IMG/VR virus record: IMGVR_UViG_3300037200_000088 | Location: 1-64,000 of that record | Strand: one strand, 5' to 3' | From: a virus | Length of the DNA stretch: 64,000 bases | In this document: positions 27,224 to 36,991 of the stretch, piece after piece | How the letters are laid out: every line of letters begins with the position of its first letter | How positions within the stretch are numbered: position 1 is the first letter of the stretch | Notes under the pieces: model-generated | Databases searched by the model: none | The model's input: only the letters and a program-made list of their open reading frames with translations | Told to the model about the DNA's origin: nothing | Translations under genes and position numbers: made by a program

Positions 27224-27909
27224 GGCGAATAGGCCGTGGGCGCCCCAGCGCCGGCTGGGACGAGGCTTTGCGTGCCGGCCCCGGTGACGTCGTTCGGAAA
27301 CGTCATCGCGCCGAAAGCGTCGGGGGTGACCGAGCCGGCCGGAATCGTCGCGACGCCATTGCCGACTTGCGGCGTCGGAACGCCGCTCGGGTTGTTGGTA
27401 ATCGATCCGATTTGGCTTGACCCGTTGGTGTTGGCGGGCGTCGTCGCGCTCATCGTCGTGTTGGTGATGACGATATGCTGCGCGGTCGCGACGCACATCA
27501 GCGTATATTCGGAATCCGGGTCGGTCTTGACCAGGAGCGTGCGCAGCAACATCGAGGAATATTGGCGTTTTCCAGTCGAGATGTTGAACGGCGTTTTCGA
27601 GGCTTGCAGCGCGAGAAATGCCGCATAAACCGCTTGGACGTAGCCGGAGGTTTGCGCGTTCGAGTCCGACCAGCCGCAACGGATTTCAACCGTGTAGGGC
27701 TGAAGGAAGGCGTGGTCGGTGACTGGCGTCCCGTATTCGACGGGATGCTGGGTGATCGCCAATTCGTCGTTGTGTGTCTCCTCGACGACGACGTGGGGAT
27801 AGAGGTCGCCGATCGAGCGGACGCCAGGTTGAATCAACGCGTAATTTGCCGAGGTGTCGCCGATCAGCGGGCCGAATGTCGACGCAGCCGAAACGATGTT
27901 GTTTGCCAT
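27220..27909 (-). CDS. Dit-like baseplate/tube initiator protein
   Basis: EETHNDELAITQHPVEYG..VTDHA. Confidence 0.85.
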   Translation of the reverse strand: MANNIVSAASTFGPLIGDTSANYALIQPGVRSIGDLYPHVVVEETHNDELAITQHPVEYGTPVTDHAFLQPYTVEIRCGWSDSNAQTSGYVQAVYAAFLALQASKTPFNISTGKRQYSSMLLRTLLVKTDPDSEYTLMCVATAQHIVITNTTMSATTPANTNGSSQIGSITNNPSGVPTPQVGNGVATIPAGSVTPDAFGAMTFPNDVTGAGTQSLVPAGAGAPTAYSP

Positions 27910-29771
27910 CACGGACTCGCCGCTTGCAGGGCTTGGCTCAAATCATCGTTGACGCCCTTTTGCGCGCCGTGAACAAGCCGCGCGACGGCGACTGGGTCGC
28001 CGGTTCCGTCGACGTGGATCGTAGTTTGCGTCGGCGCGTTGATATGCGTGTCGCCGCTGGCCCCGCCCAAGATCGGCGGGCTCGCCATTGCGCCCGAAAT
28101 GAGCGGTCCACCAAACGCCGGGATTTGCATAGGCGGTGTGGGCGCCGCGTTCGGCCGACTCAGCGATCCTGCAAGAGCGCCGTAATCCGGGTGAACGTCC
28201 GTTCCCGGCGGGAGCGCCTGAAAGTTGGCCCCGGCGCGAGCGGCTTCGCTTCTCAGCGTCGAGTTTACCTCGGCGGACGCGCCCGGATAGTTGCCCAGGG
28301 CGCTTGAGAGCGACCCGACGCCAAGGACTGTGATCCGTTTCGGATCGGCGCCCTTGTCGATTGCGGCCTGAATTTGCTGGCGGATCGTGGCCGCGGCGTG
28401 CGGCTCGTTGGATGCACCGCTCGAGATGACGACGTCTTTGCCGGCGAGGCTTTGCCGATAGGCGGAGATTCGCTTGGCGACCCAGTCGGGCGTCTTCCCG
28501 ACCACCGCGTTGTCGCTATCGGCGTGAAGCGCGCCGGCCAAGCCCGCGCCGATGCTATCGCCGAAGATGACCGTGCCGCCGCCGAGCGGCGCGCCGCTCC
28601 TGGCCGGCGGGGCGTTGGCGTCCGGCGAGGCGCCGGAAGGCACACGCACGGCTGGCGTAGCGGGCTCTCCCCCGCCAGCGCCGACCAGACCCTTAGCCCA
28701 ATTCCAGGCTTTCGACGCACCGCCTTTCCAGTCCCAGGCCGGCGCATCTTTCTGGTCATTTAGGCCCTTGACTATATCGGCGGCGGGCGGGTTTACCGCA
28801 CGGTCGGCCTGATTGAGCATGCTGCCCGGCGTGTTGACCGAGCCATTCATCCAGACCAGCCAACCGACCAGGCTGTGAAACCGCATCGCGATATCGGCGA
28901 TCGAGTCCGCAAGTCCTTTGACCAGCATGCGGAAGTCGCCCAATTCGTCTGGCTGGCCCAGCACGGCGCCAAAATCCTTGACCCATGCCGCTGTCATATC
29001 AGCGAGCGCTTTGGTTACCTCGCCGATCGCCTCGCCGATCTGAGCGCCGTTGGCGGTAATGAAGTCGTCGAAAGCCTGCATAGGCGCGGTGAAATCACGC
29101 TCTAGCGCCGAGCCGATCATGTCGGCGATGGCGCTGAGCTTGTTCGAGACGTCGCGCCAGATTGTCTGAAAGTTCTTACCGTCGATCGCCGCCTGCTCGA
29201 TATTGAAACCAAGCGACTTGCGATAGGCCTCGAAACCGGCCAGATCGGGCAAGACCTCGTCCAAGTGCCGCTTCATCAGCAGGATCGGCTGCGCGGAAAT
29301 GCCGACGACGGAGGCGAGGTTTTCGACCTGCTGGACGCTCAAGTTTCGCAGGTTCTCCAGCATCTCCTGCTGAATTTCGAGCTTTCCGGTAGTCGCGTCG
29401 AGGCCGAAGCCAAGCTTATTGAGTACCGAAATGTTGTTGCGATTTTCGCGAAGCTTTTGCGCAGCCGCCTCGAGTAGGCTGCTCGCCTCAGCCGCATTGC
29501 CCCCGTATTTCTTGATCAGCAGCGGAAAATCGTGGGCTAGCCCCGCCGAGCTATTGGCGCGCTGCGCGGCGAAGTAGAGATCGTCGAATTTAGTCGCCGC
29601 CTCCTTGACCGCCTCGCCGACCTTTTTGGCGATTTCAACCAACAGATCGCCGAGCAGTTGAGCCTTGAGCGTCGCGCTCGTAATCGCGGCCTCAAACTGA
29701 TGCTGGTCGCGCTTGCCCCTCTCGGTATCCCAGCCGAGCGCAATCAGGAATTCGCGCAATGTTTCGGCCAT
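27909..29771 (-). CDS. Tape-measure-like protein 2 with SGNH/GDSL hydrolase domain
   Basis: ETLREFLIALGW N-terminus; IFGDSIG, AVVG, SSGASN, DVHP blocks. Confidence 0.8.
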   Translation of the reverse strand: MAETLREFLIALGWDTERGKRDQHQFEAAITSATLKAQLLGDLLVEIAKKVGEAVKEAATKFDDLYFAAQRANSSAGLAHDFPLLIKKYGGNAAEASSLLEAAAQKLRENRNNISVLNKLGFGLDATTGKLEIQQEMLENLRNLSVQQVENLASVVGISAQPILLMKRHLDEVLPDLAGFEAYRKSLGFNIEQAAIDGKNFQTIWRDVSNKLSAIADMIGSALERDFTAPMQAFDDFITANGAQIGEAIGEVTKALADMTAAWVKDFGAVLGQPDELGDFRMLVKGLADSIADIAMRFHSLVGWLVWMNGSVNTPGSMLNQADRAVNPPAADIVKGLNDQKDAPAWDWKGGASKAWNWAKGLVGAGGGEPATPAVRVPSGASPDANAPPARSGAPLGGGTVIFGDSIGAGLAGALHADSDNAVVGKTPDWVAKRISAYRQSLAGKDVVISSGASNEPHAAATIRQQIQAAIDKGADPKRITVLGVGSLSSALGNYPGASAEVNSTLRSEAARAGANFQALPPGTDVHPDYGALAGSLSRPNAAPTPPMQIPAFGGPLISGAMASPPILGGASGDTHINAPTQTTIHVDGTGDPVAVARLVHGAQKGVNDDLSQALQAASP

Positions 29772-31780
29772 CAGAACGTCGCGCCCTGAAGGTTTCGCGT
29801 CAGGTCCGCAGGCTGTTGCGTAATGCCAGCCGCGACCATGTGCGGGCTAGGGTTCGCCTCGCTACTGAGCCCGTCGATCATGATCTTCGTGTCCATCGGC
29901 GCGTGGATCGTCGTGCCAGCCGTTCCGGCCGCGCCGCCTAGCGTAGGTGTCTGGCCGCCCATCAGGCTACCCGTTAGGGCACCTTGCGGCTCCCAATTAC
30001 CCATCCCTTTCCAAGGATTTGGCAGATTGCTCACCGCGGGAGCGCGTGCGGGTTCACCTGCGGGCGCGTGCTGTGCTGGCTCATCGAGCGCGCCGAGCCG
30101 CCGCCCGATCGGCCCGAAATACGCAGTGCCGCTTGTACCCCAGGCGTCGGTACCGGCGGCGCCGGTATTGAGATATCGATTTGCACCGCCTACGCCCTGA
30201 TTGTGCGCATAACCCAACATTTGTAGTTGTTGCGGTTTCGACATCGCCGCGAATTTTGGATTTCGCATCAATTGGTTGTAGTGATCGAGCGTGTAGTTTT
30301 CGAAAAACCGCTCTTGCATCGCTGGATCGGCGAGAAACTCAGCGGTGCTAGGCCTCGGGACGCCGAGGCGCGCGGCGGTTTCGGTAATTTCCGCTGGGCC
30401 CATCTGGTAGCGGCCAGCGAACCGTCCGCCAGCGCCGCCCATGCGGTCGTAACGCTTACCCTCAATATCGGTCAGCCCCTCTTTGAAGGCCCCGTATTGT
30501 TCGGCACTAAAGCCGGTTCCGGTCGTCATCGAGGTCGCGTCATACGGGACGCCAGTGGGGCCCGTCGCCGCCGCGGCGGGGGCTCCCCGCAGCGGGGACG
30601 CACTCGCACCACCCCCAGGCGCGGCTTCGGCACCGCCTCCAGCCGCCGGAGGGCCGCCACCAGCCCATCCAGGGGCGTGCCTGCGATAGAAATTCTTTGC
30701 CGCGCCCCACACACCGGTCGGCGCCGAGCCATCAGCGTTCGCCTGACCGCCCGCGCCTAGCGCGCCTTCGATCGCCGCACCGCCGCGGTTGTAACTGTCC
30801 AGGTCAGATTTGTTGCCGGATAGGCGATTGAGGATATCGGCGAACTTGTCGCCGTAGCTCAACAGCAATTGGATATCTTTGATGAAGCCGTGGAAGTTGT
30901 CGGCCAATTCCTTGATCGACACCGCGAAATCGCGCATGCCATCGCGAAACGAATCGAACGACTGCGGATCGTTCATGATCTTCTGGAAGTCGCCGACCCA
31001 AGCCGTCGTCATCGCCAGCAGCGCCTTGCTGATGATGTCAATGTCGGCGCCGATTCCCTTGCTGTTCGCCGTAAGGAACTGGTCGAACGCGTTGAGCGGA
31101 CCGATCAGCGCCTTTGTCAACCCGCTCCCGATATCATCGCTGATCGCGGTGATCTTGTTGTGCGTATCGCGCCAGATCGTCGCCAGCTTATTCGCGTCGA
31201 TTTCGGCTTGCGGCAGATCGAAGCCAAGCGTCTTGCGATAAGCGGCGAGTTTGTCCATCTGCTCGAGGATGTCGTCAGCGTTCCGGCGCAGCGCCATCGC
31301 GACGTTGTCGGACATGCCGACCTGGTGTGCGCCCTGGATCAGCAGCGCCGTGCTCATGTGAGACAGGTTTTTCAGATACTTCTGCTGCAACTCCATTTGG
31401 CCGGTGATCGGGTTCAACCCGAAGCCCATCCGGTTGATGTCTTGCACCGCGATCGAGCCGGCGCGCAGCTTGGCCGCCATGCTCTCGATCGAGCCGGCCG
31501 CCTCGCCCGCGCTGACGCCAGCCTGCGCCATCACTTTGACGAAATCGCTTACCGTCGCCGCAGCTGTATTCGTCCGCTGCGCCTGGAAGTAGAGGCGGTC
31601 GAAGTTGGTCGCGACGTTCGAAACGCTATCGAGAACCTTGCGGGCGAGCTCCTCAAGGCCGTCGCCGAGCAGCCTCGCCTTGAGGGTGGCGCTTTCGATC
31701 GCCGCCTCGAACTGTTTCTGGCCGGTTTGATTGGACGCCCAGCCCAGCGAGATCAGAAACTCCTTGACGGTATCGGTCAT
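29771..31780 (-). CDS. Tape-measure protein 1 with lysozyme-like domain
   Basis: DTVKEFLISLGW N-terminus; DIEG, AGRYQMG, FLADPAMQE, YAHNQG motifs; follows chaperones. Confidence 0.85.
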   Translation of the reverse strand: MTDTVKEFLISLGWASNQTGQKQFEAAIESATLKARLLGDGLEELARKVLDSVSNVATNFDRLYFQAQRTNTAAATVSDFVKVMAQAGVSAGEAAGSIESMAAKLRAGSIAVQDINRMGFGLNPITGQMELQQKYLKNLSHMSTALLIQGAHQVGMSDNVAMALRRNADDILEQMDKLAAYRKTLGFDLPQAEIDANKLATIWRDTHNKITAISDDIGSGLTKALIGPLNAFDQFLTANSKGIGADIDIISKALLAMTTAWVGDFQKIMNDPQSFDSFRDGMRDFAVSIKELADNFHGFIKDIQLLLSYGDKFADILNRLSGNKSDLDSYNRGGAAIEGALGAGGQANADGSAPTGVWGAAKNFYRRHAPGWAGGGPPAAGGGAEAAPGGGASASPLRGAPAAAATGPTGVPYDATSMTTGTGFSAEQYGAFKEGLTDIEGKRYDRMGGAGGRFAGRYQMGPAEITETAARLGVPRPSTAEFLADPAMQERFFENYTLDHYNQLMRNPKFAAMSKPQQLQMLGYAHNQGVGGANRYLNTGAAGTDAWGTSGTAYFGPIGRRLGALDEPAQHAPAGEPARAPAVSNLPNPWKGMGNWEPQGALTGSLMGGQTPTLGGAAGTAGTTIHAPMDTKIMIDGLSSEANPSPHMVAAGITQQPADLTRNLQGATF

Positions 31781-31947
31781 TTCCTTTCCGCCGCCTTGCG
31801 CGCCCGCGCGTCATTCTCCGCCTTGACGGCGAGCGCGTCATTCATGATCGCGATGTCGAGCAGGTCGAGCGTGCCGTCTTTCAGGCTTTCGTATTTGCAC
31901 CAGTTCGCCGCGACCGGCGCCAACAGCCAGTCTAGGTTATCCGGCAT
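31777..31947 (-). CDS. Tail assembly chaperone C-terminal (gpT-like) segment
   Basis: MPDNLDWLLAPV...YESLKDGTLDLLDIAIMNDAL; in -1 frame of upstream chaperone. Confidence 0.85.
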   Translation of the reverse strand: MPDNLDWLLAPVAANWCKYESLKDGTLDLLDIAIMNDALAVKAENDARARKAAERK

Positions 31948-31949
31948 CC

Positions 31950-32450
31950 TTACTGGATCGAATGTGAGGCGGCCGGATTCGCGCCTGTCAAACTTGACAG
32001 GCCGGCGGGCAAAAAACCACCGAAGGTCTCCTGGAAGACGCCTAGCGCAATGCGCAGCATGACGGTGAAATCGTTGTTGATGTCATCGAACATCGAGCGC
32101 CCGGCGTCTGCCGACCAGACCTTTGCCCAACCGATTTCGCCGTCTCGCTTGCGTTCAACCGTCGCCAGGCAAGTGCCGATAATGAACCTGCGGTCCCCGG
32201 CCGACATTTTAGCCAGCTCGCGCGCGACCGGCGTTGCGATATGCCCCAACTGCTCCAGGGAGGTCTCGGCAAGATTGCCAACCCCCTGCTGGCGCATTTG
32301 CACCAAGAGCGGCGCGAGTTCTCCGAACCCGGAGGCGAGCAACGGCGAGATTTTAGCGATGATCTCGATTTGGTCGAACGCGTTGATCCGCGACGTCTGG
32401 CGATAGACACAGTCGCCTACCCTGAATTCCATTCGCGTCACCCTTTCCAA
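31950..32450 (-). CDS. Tail assembly chaperone (gpG-like)
   Basis: INAFDQ..I..KISPLL; position between tube and tape measure; start may be ATG 32432. Confidence 0.85.
   Translation of the reverse strand: MERVTRMEFRVGDCVYRQTSRINAFDQIEIIAKISPLLASGFGELAPLLVQMRQQGVGNLAETSLEQLGHIATPVARELAKMSAGDRRFIIGTCLATVERKRDGEIGWAKVWSADAGRSMFDDINNDFTVMLRIALGVFQETFGGFLPAGLSSLTGANPAASHSIQ
31983..32016 (-). other. Programmed -1 frameshift signal
   Basis: T TTT TTG (32016-32010) followed 7 nt later by GCCTGTCA-AGTT-TGACAGGC hairpin; -1 frame is open into MPDNLDW. Confidence 0.8.
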
Positions 32451-32459
32451 AGTAAATCG

Positions 32460-32663
32460 TCAATCTAGCCGCTTCCATGTCGGCTCTCTCGATACGCATC
32501 TAGCGAACGATCCGCCGCCTTCCGACGCGTACATTCGGTTCAGCTTATCCTCTCGCCGGCGGCAATCCTCAACGCTGGCGAAATAGGTCGGCTGGCCCTC
32601 AAGCACGCAAACCTGGGCTGGCCCGGGTGCGGTGCAAAGCATCAGCGCGATGATTGTGTTCAA
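32460..32663 (-). CDS. Small Cys-containing, possibly exported protein
   Basis: AAGGGG SD, TTG start, hydrophobic N-terminus, 4 Cys. Confidence 0.6.
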   Translation of the reverse strand: MNTIIALMLCTAPGPAQVCVLEGQPTYFASVEDCRRREDKLNRMYASEGGGSFARCVSREPTWKRLD

Positions 32664-32759
32664 CGGAAGCCCCTTTCGCGCTCCGGGATTGGAGCTACGA
32701 AGGAGTTATTTTACATCACAGTATTACGCAACTCGTTCCCTAAAGTATCTTCTGGCGGC

Positions 32760-33542
32760 TTAGATCGACGCCATCAGGAGGCCCGCTGCTAAGCCCTTTG
32801 GTCTGGCACTCCTGTTCTGAGCAATTTTGCTCATAAGGGCGCAAGATTCAGGAGATCGCTTTTTGCCACGGTTTTTCGCAGCAGCCTTGGCGCGTGCCTC
32901 AGGGGTGTGAATAAGCGCGACGCACTTGGCTATTGTTTGAGCGGAGGGCGGCGGACGGTTGCGCGCTGCGACACTTCGTCTATCGCGCGTCTCATCGCTT
33001 TGATTGAGAACGGCTTGTCTGATCAGCTCGCAGGTTTCTTTGGAATGCGCGTACCCGCTCTTAGCGCGCCTTCCGGCTACAGCCGCCGCGATATGCTCAG
33101 GCGTTCGGTTGAGAGCGGCGACCCGTTTTCTTTCCCGCGTTTCGGGCGAGTCGATACGTCCCTTTAGGGCCGCGCTTCGCTTTGTCTTTGTGAGGGGCGC
33201 CGTCCGTCTCGATATTTCCCCAATGAGCCGCTTTCCAGCCTCGGTGTGTTTATGCCCAGACGCGCCCTCGCCACCGTCCGTCAGATTGAGCAGCGGGCCA
33301 CCATGCCGATTGCGACCGATTGAAGCAATCAATGCCACTTCTAGTTCGTAGGCGGCAGCCTCGGTTAAGTTTTCGCTGACCTTCGCGATGGGAAGCTCGC
33401 CATATTTCCTAATGAGGTTGCGAAGATGCTTGTTGTGATCGCGGCGAGGCGTATAGCATCGCCGTCCGACGCCCTTTCCAACGTAGCATGGCGCGCCATT
33501 TGGGCGGAAAATCACATACACGTAGAACCGAGAATCGCTCAT
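32760..33542 (-). CDS. GIY-YIG homing endonuclease with NUMOD3-like repeats
   Basis: FYVYV...CYVGKG, NLTDGGEG, HTEAGK / SPETRE / HSKETC repeats. Confidence 0.88.
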   Translation of the reverse strand: MSDSRFYVYVIFRPNGAPCYVGKGVGRRCYTPRRDHNKHLRNLIRKYGELPIAKVSENLTEAAAYELEVALIASIGRNRHGGPLLNLTDGGEGASGHKHTEAGKRLIGEISRRTAPLTKTKRSAALKGRIDSPETRERKRVAALNRTPEHIAAAVAGRRAKSGYAHSKETCELIRQAVLNQSDETRDRRSVAARNRPPPSAQTIAKCVALIHTPEARAKAAAKNRGKKRSPESCALMSKIAQNRSARPKGLAAGLLMASI

Positions 33543-33570
33543 GCCCGCACTTATAGCATGATTGTCTCAG

Positions 33571-34062
33571 CTATTGGGCGATCGGGAGTCCTGCTGAAAG
33601 TCCGGTGTTCATTAATCCGTTCCCCAATACTTCCGACGTCGCGATGAAGTCGAAGGCCCAGACATTGAGGCCGCCCTCGGTAGAGTAGCCGATGTCTGAT
33701 TGTTTGATGAAAGCCCCGGCGGTCGCAACAATCGCGTCGCCACTGACCGGATTTGCGATCGTCAGGATATTCTGCCCCCAGTATGCCGCCGATTTTGATT
33801 GATAGGCGTAAAGCTGGTTCATCAGCGCATTGCCCGTCGCCGTCTTCAAGAGCGAGATCGTGATGCGGCTCGCCGTCGTCGCCTTCAGCGAGTGCATGCC
33901 GTCGCCATTCGCGCCGATCGTCATCGTGTTTTTGTCAGAGGACATCGCAATGCGAATGCTCTCATCCGAGACGCCAGACGAGGCTATATCGAAGTTTCCG
34001 CCAGGGCCTGAGATAGATGCCTGAACGTCAAAGAACGAATAGACGCCACTTTGGACGGCCAT
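33571..34062 (-). CDS. Tail tube protein (DUF3277-like)
   Basis: YSFFDVQASISGPGG, DKNTMTIGANGDGMHSL. Confidence 0.88.
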   Translation of the reverse strand: MAVQSGVYSFFDVQASISGPGGNFDIASSGVSDESIRIAMSSDKNTMTIGANGDGMHSLKATTASRITISLLKTATGNALMNQLYAYQSKSAAYWGQNILTIANPVSGDAIVATAGAFIKQSDIGYSTEGGLNVWAFDFIATSEVLGNGLMNTGLSAGLPIAQ

Positions 34063-34116
34063 GTTACTGTCTCCGGCGAGTTAGTGTGATGTAGTATTCA
34101 AGAATAGGCGACAGTA

Positions 34117-35634
34117 TCACGGGTTGATGTTCAAAAGTACGTCAGCTATTTGCACGGCACCTGCCAACTTCGCGGCCACCTGAAATGGAACGCTGATACG
34201 TTCTTCTCGCAAGTTCTCGGCCTGCGTAGCAACAGGAGGATAATATATGTAGTACCCCTTTGTAAGTATCTGCCCGTTCTGCAATTGGCCGAAGCCATCT
34301 GCGTTCCATTGTCCCGGCGCCATCAGCCCATTGTTGATACCGGCCTCGCAGCCTGCCGCAATCGCGGTCGCGATCTGGTTAGACCCGGCATCGGTCTGCG
34401 GAATCTTCGTGCCGGTCGTGTAGAGCAAGTTGAACACGTCGGTTTGGATTTGGTTCTGCAGCCAATCGACGCCCTGGACCTCATCGAACCAGTAGCCGTT
34501 GGTCATCTGGCCGTTCCAAATCATCACCGCGCCGTTGGACACTGTGATGTTGACGTTGCCGCCCTTGCCGATCAGCGTCGCGAACTGCGTCTCGTTGAGT
34601 TGTTCGGCCTGGAGGCCCGGCGCCTGCTTGTAGGCCAGGGTCAGCGTCGTATCGTTGCCCTCGAAATCGACGGTGAAGCCGCGCCCGAACATCGTCGCGA
34701 CCGCGTAGGGGTTGAACGCCGAATACATCCAGAACATTTTGCGGTTGTTGAGCGATTGTAGCACGCTCCCCAGGTCGGCCGTTTGCGTCGGGTCCATCAC
34801 ATTTGTGTTTTGGATCGTCGTGCCGAACATGCGCTGGCGCTGGCCGGCGAGGATATAGGCGCTGATCGCGATGTAGTCGGCCTGGACGAGCTTGACGGTC
34901 GTGGCGTCCATCAACCCGTACCACTGCGAGGAGGTCGCCACGCAGGCCTGTACGCCGCTCAGCGCGCTCTCGGCGTTCTGCCCCGGGATCAGTGGCGAGG
35001 CGCCGGAGGCGGACGTAAGGCCGAGCAAGGTCGAAATGTCGGTGGTGCCGCCGATCGCCGATGACGTTGAGCCGAACGAAACCGAGGAAGCCGGGCCGGT
35101 CGTGTTGCTGGTGATGACGAATTGGGTTTCGGCGGAATTCCAGACGCAGGTAACGCCGGAGGTGAAAGCAGCGACCAGCGCGGTTTGAATGATCGACGCC
35201 ACGCCGTTCATGTTCAACGCGGCCGAGAAGTTCAGCGGTTGGATATTGGCCGCGACGCCGTTGACCGAAATGCGAAATGATCCATCCGTGATCGCGGTGA
35301 AGTTCGAGAGCAGCGCCTGAAGCGGGTTGAGCGTCGCGGCGCCCAGCATGCCGGCGGTTGCCGTGCTGGCCCAGCGGCCGATATAGACGATCGCGGGCTG
35401 CGGCGACTGTTCAAAAAACAACTCCGCCGCCAGATATTCTGGAGTGTTCGAGGCGAAGTCAACCGCGACCTCCTCAAAGCCGGAATACTGGCGGATGCGT
35501 TCATTGGTGTTGATGACGTTGGAGTCTCCCAAGATCAACAATGTACCAAAGTTCTCGAACGGGACTGCCGTCGGCGTGAACGAGACGGCTACGTTGACGA
35601 AGTCCGAGACGTCGACCGCAATCACGTTTGCCAT
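34117..35634 (-). CDS. Tail sheath protein (DUF3383-like)
   Basis: PEYLAA..FF.QSPQP, FDEVQG.DWLQN.IQ, KIPQTDAG, KLAGAV. Confidence 0.92.
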   Translation of the reverse strand: MANVIAVDVSDFVNVAVSFTPTAVPFENFGTLLILGDSNVINTNERIRQYSGFEEVAVDFASNTPEYLAAELFFEQSPQPAIVYIGRWASTATAGMLGAATLNPLQALLSNFTAITDGSFRISVNGVAANIQPLNFSAALNMNGVASIIQTALVAAFTSGVTCVWNSAETQFVITSNTTGPASSVSFGSTSSAIGGTTDISTLLGLTSASGASPLIPGQNAESALSGVQACVATSSQWYGLMDATTVKLVQADYIAISAYILAGQRQRMFGTTIQNTNVMDPTQTADLGSVLQSLNNRKMFWMYSAFNPYAVATMFGRGFTVDFEGNDTTLTLAYKQAPGLQAEQLNETQFATLIGKGGNVNITVSNGAVMIWNGQMTNGYWFDEVQGVDWLQNQIQTDVFNLLYTTGTKIPQTDAGSNQIATAIAAGCEAGINNGLMAPGQWNADGFGQLQNGQILTKGYYIYYPPVATQAENLREERISVPFQVAAKLAGAVQIADVLLNINP

Positions 35635-35646
35635 TTGGTTGGTCCC

Positions 35647-36273
35647 TTATTCGACGAGCGGGTTGACGCTGAACGGTGTCTGCAGCGGATCGGTCAGATC
35701 GCCGTCGTGCTGATCCGTGAGGATCGTCCCCTGCATTTCCAGAATGTTGAGGATCGGCCACACCAGCGTCGTGCGGCGCCGGAACATGATCTGAATATCG
35801 GCGCGGCGCAGCGTTTGGTTGTTTACGATCTCAGGCAGAAACACCGTCTTGCCGGGTATCTCCATAAGCGCGAGGCCGGAGTTGTAGAGCGTCTCGCGGT
35901 TTTGCGGGATCATCAGGCCGGTGCGCAGTAGCTTGGCGTTGCCGCGCGCGGTGGGTCCGTAGAAGCTCGCCAGCACGGTCACGGTGTCGACGTCGTAGGA
36001 GATCGTCGAGCCTTGGCCCGCGCTCAGGTGGACCTGGCTGATGTTGGGCTCGGGGTCTTCGTCGGTTATCCCGATCGCGCACCAGTCGACGGACGGCTCG
36101 GGAACGGGCGGCGGACGTGGCTGCCACCGTGGTCTGATCAGATTGCCCGGGAGCCCCGTGACACCCACGACGAGAGCCTGAAGGATCTCGTCAAGGGCAG
36201 TATCTTCAGGCGGAAGACCGGCCGGCGCCGGGCTGAGAAACCCGCCAGTAGAACTGTCGTTAGTGTTGGCCAC
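35647..36273 (-). CDS. Neck/tail terminator protein
   Basis: NDSSTGGFL, GVTGLPG.LIRPRWQ, WCAIG, SFYGP. Confidence 0.85.
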   Translation of the reverse strand: MANTNDSSTGGFLSPAPAGLPPEDTALDEILQALVVGVTGLPGNLIRPRWQPRPPPVPEPSVDWCAIGITDEDPEPNISQVHLSAGQGSTISYDVDTVTVLASFYGPTARGNAKLLRTGLMIPQNRETLYNSGLALMEIPGKTVFLPEIVNNQTLRRADIQIMFRRRTTLVWPILNILEMQGTILTDQHDGDLTDPLQTPFSVNPLVE

Positions 36274-36582
36274 TTACGCCTTGACGGCTTTCTTCAGCGC
36301 GACCCCGAACTTGGTCCCGTCCCAAACATGCGGCTTTTTCATGCGTGGCTTCGGCGCGCCCATTTGCGCGAGAATGTGCGGCGCGCCGAGATTGAGCTTT
36401 GGCTTGGTCAGCATGTGCATCACGTAGTTAACGCGACCGCGGTCGGCCATCGCTGGCGTCTTGAAGCGTGAGTCTGGGAAGCCAAGATTTGCTGCCTCAA
36501 GGAAAGGCGCGGCTTGCTCCGCGGTGAACGCCTTCGCCTCGGCAGGGAAGGCGGCGCGAATGTCGTCAAAGCTGATAGCCAC
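36274..36582 (-). CDS. Divergent DUF4054-like protein (second copy)
   Basis: IRAAFP....HML...WDGTKFG parallels FRIVFPEF...AHNIV...YNATSYG. Confidence 0.55.
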   Translation of the reverse strand: MAISFDDIRAAFPAEAKAFTAEQAAPFLEAANLGFPDSRFKTPAMADRGRVNYVMHMLTKPKLNLGAPHILAQMGAPKPRMKKPHVWDGTKFGVALKKAVKA

Positions 36583-36592
36583 GGTGGCTCCT

Positions 36593-36985
36593 TCAGGATG
36601 TGGGGTTCAGCGGCAAGAGGTCGCAGCCCGCTTTCACGAAGCCTGGACCGAACGCCGAATAATCCTCGACGCTGATCACCGTAAAAACGCGCGAGTGCCA
36701 ACAAATCGTATCGGCGTCACGGTACGTCGAGTCGTTGGTCTTGTATCCGGCGCTCAGCGGGTAGGCCGTGAACACTTCGATGTAGGCGACGACCCGCGAG
36801 CCATCGTCGCCGCGGCGTAGATTGGACTTGCCTGGCACAACGATCGCGGTGACCGTCTCTGGAAAGTTTGGCGTCACGACGTCTTCACCGCCCGTGCCGA
36901 TAACGCCCTGATTGACGGTGACGGTTATCGTGTCGGTGAATTCCGGACTGTCGAGTACATCCTCAAATGAAAGGCTCGGGGGCAT
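36593..36985 (-). CDS. Head closure/head-tail joining protein
   Basis: DVLDSPEF.D, AD.ICW....F.V..V.DYS.FG.GFV. Confidence 0.8.
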   Translation of the reverse strand: MPPSLSFEDVLDSPEFTDTITVTVNQGVIGTGGEDVVTPNFPETVTAIVVPGKSNLRRGDDGSRVVAYIEVFTAYPLSAGYKTNDSTYRDADTICWHSRVFTVISVEDYSAFGPGFVKAGCDLLPLNPTS

Positions 36986-36991
36986 CTTTCG

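Noticed and set aside
32712-34093. TACATCACA / TGTGATGTA inverted 9-mers flanking HEG plus tube gene as an invertible or IS boundary
   Set aside because: Too short, no recombinase or transposase present, and inversion would flip an essential gene; a shared operator cannot be excluded
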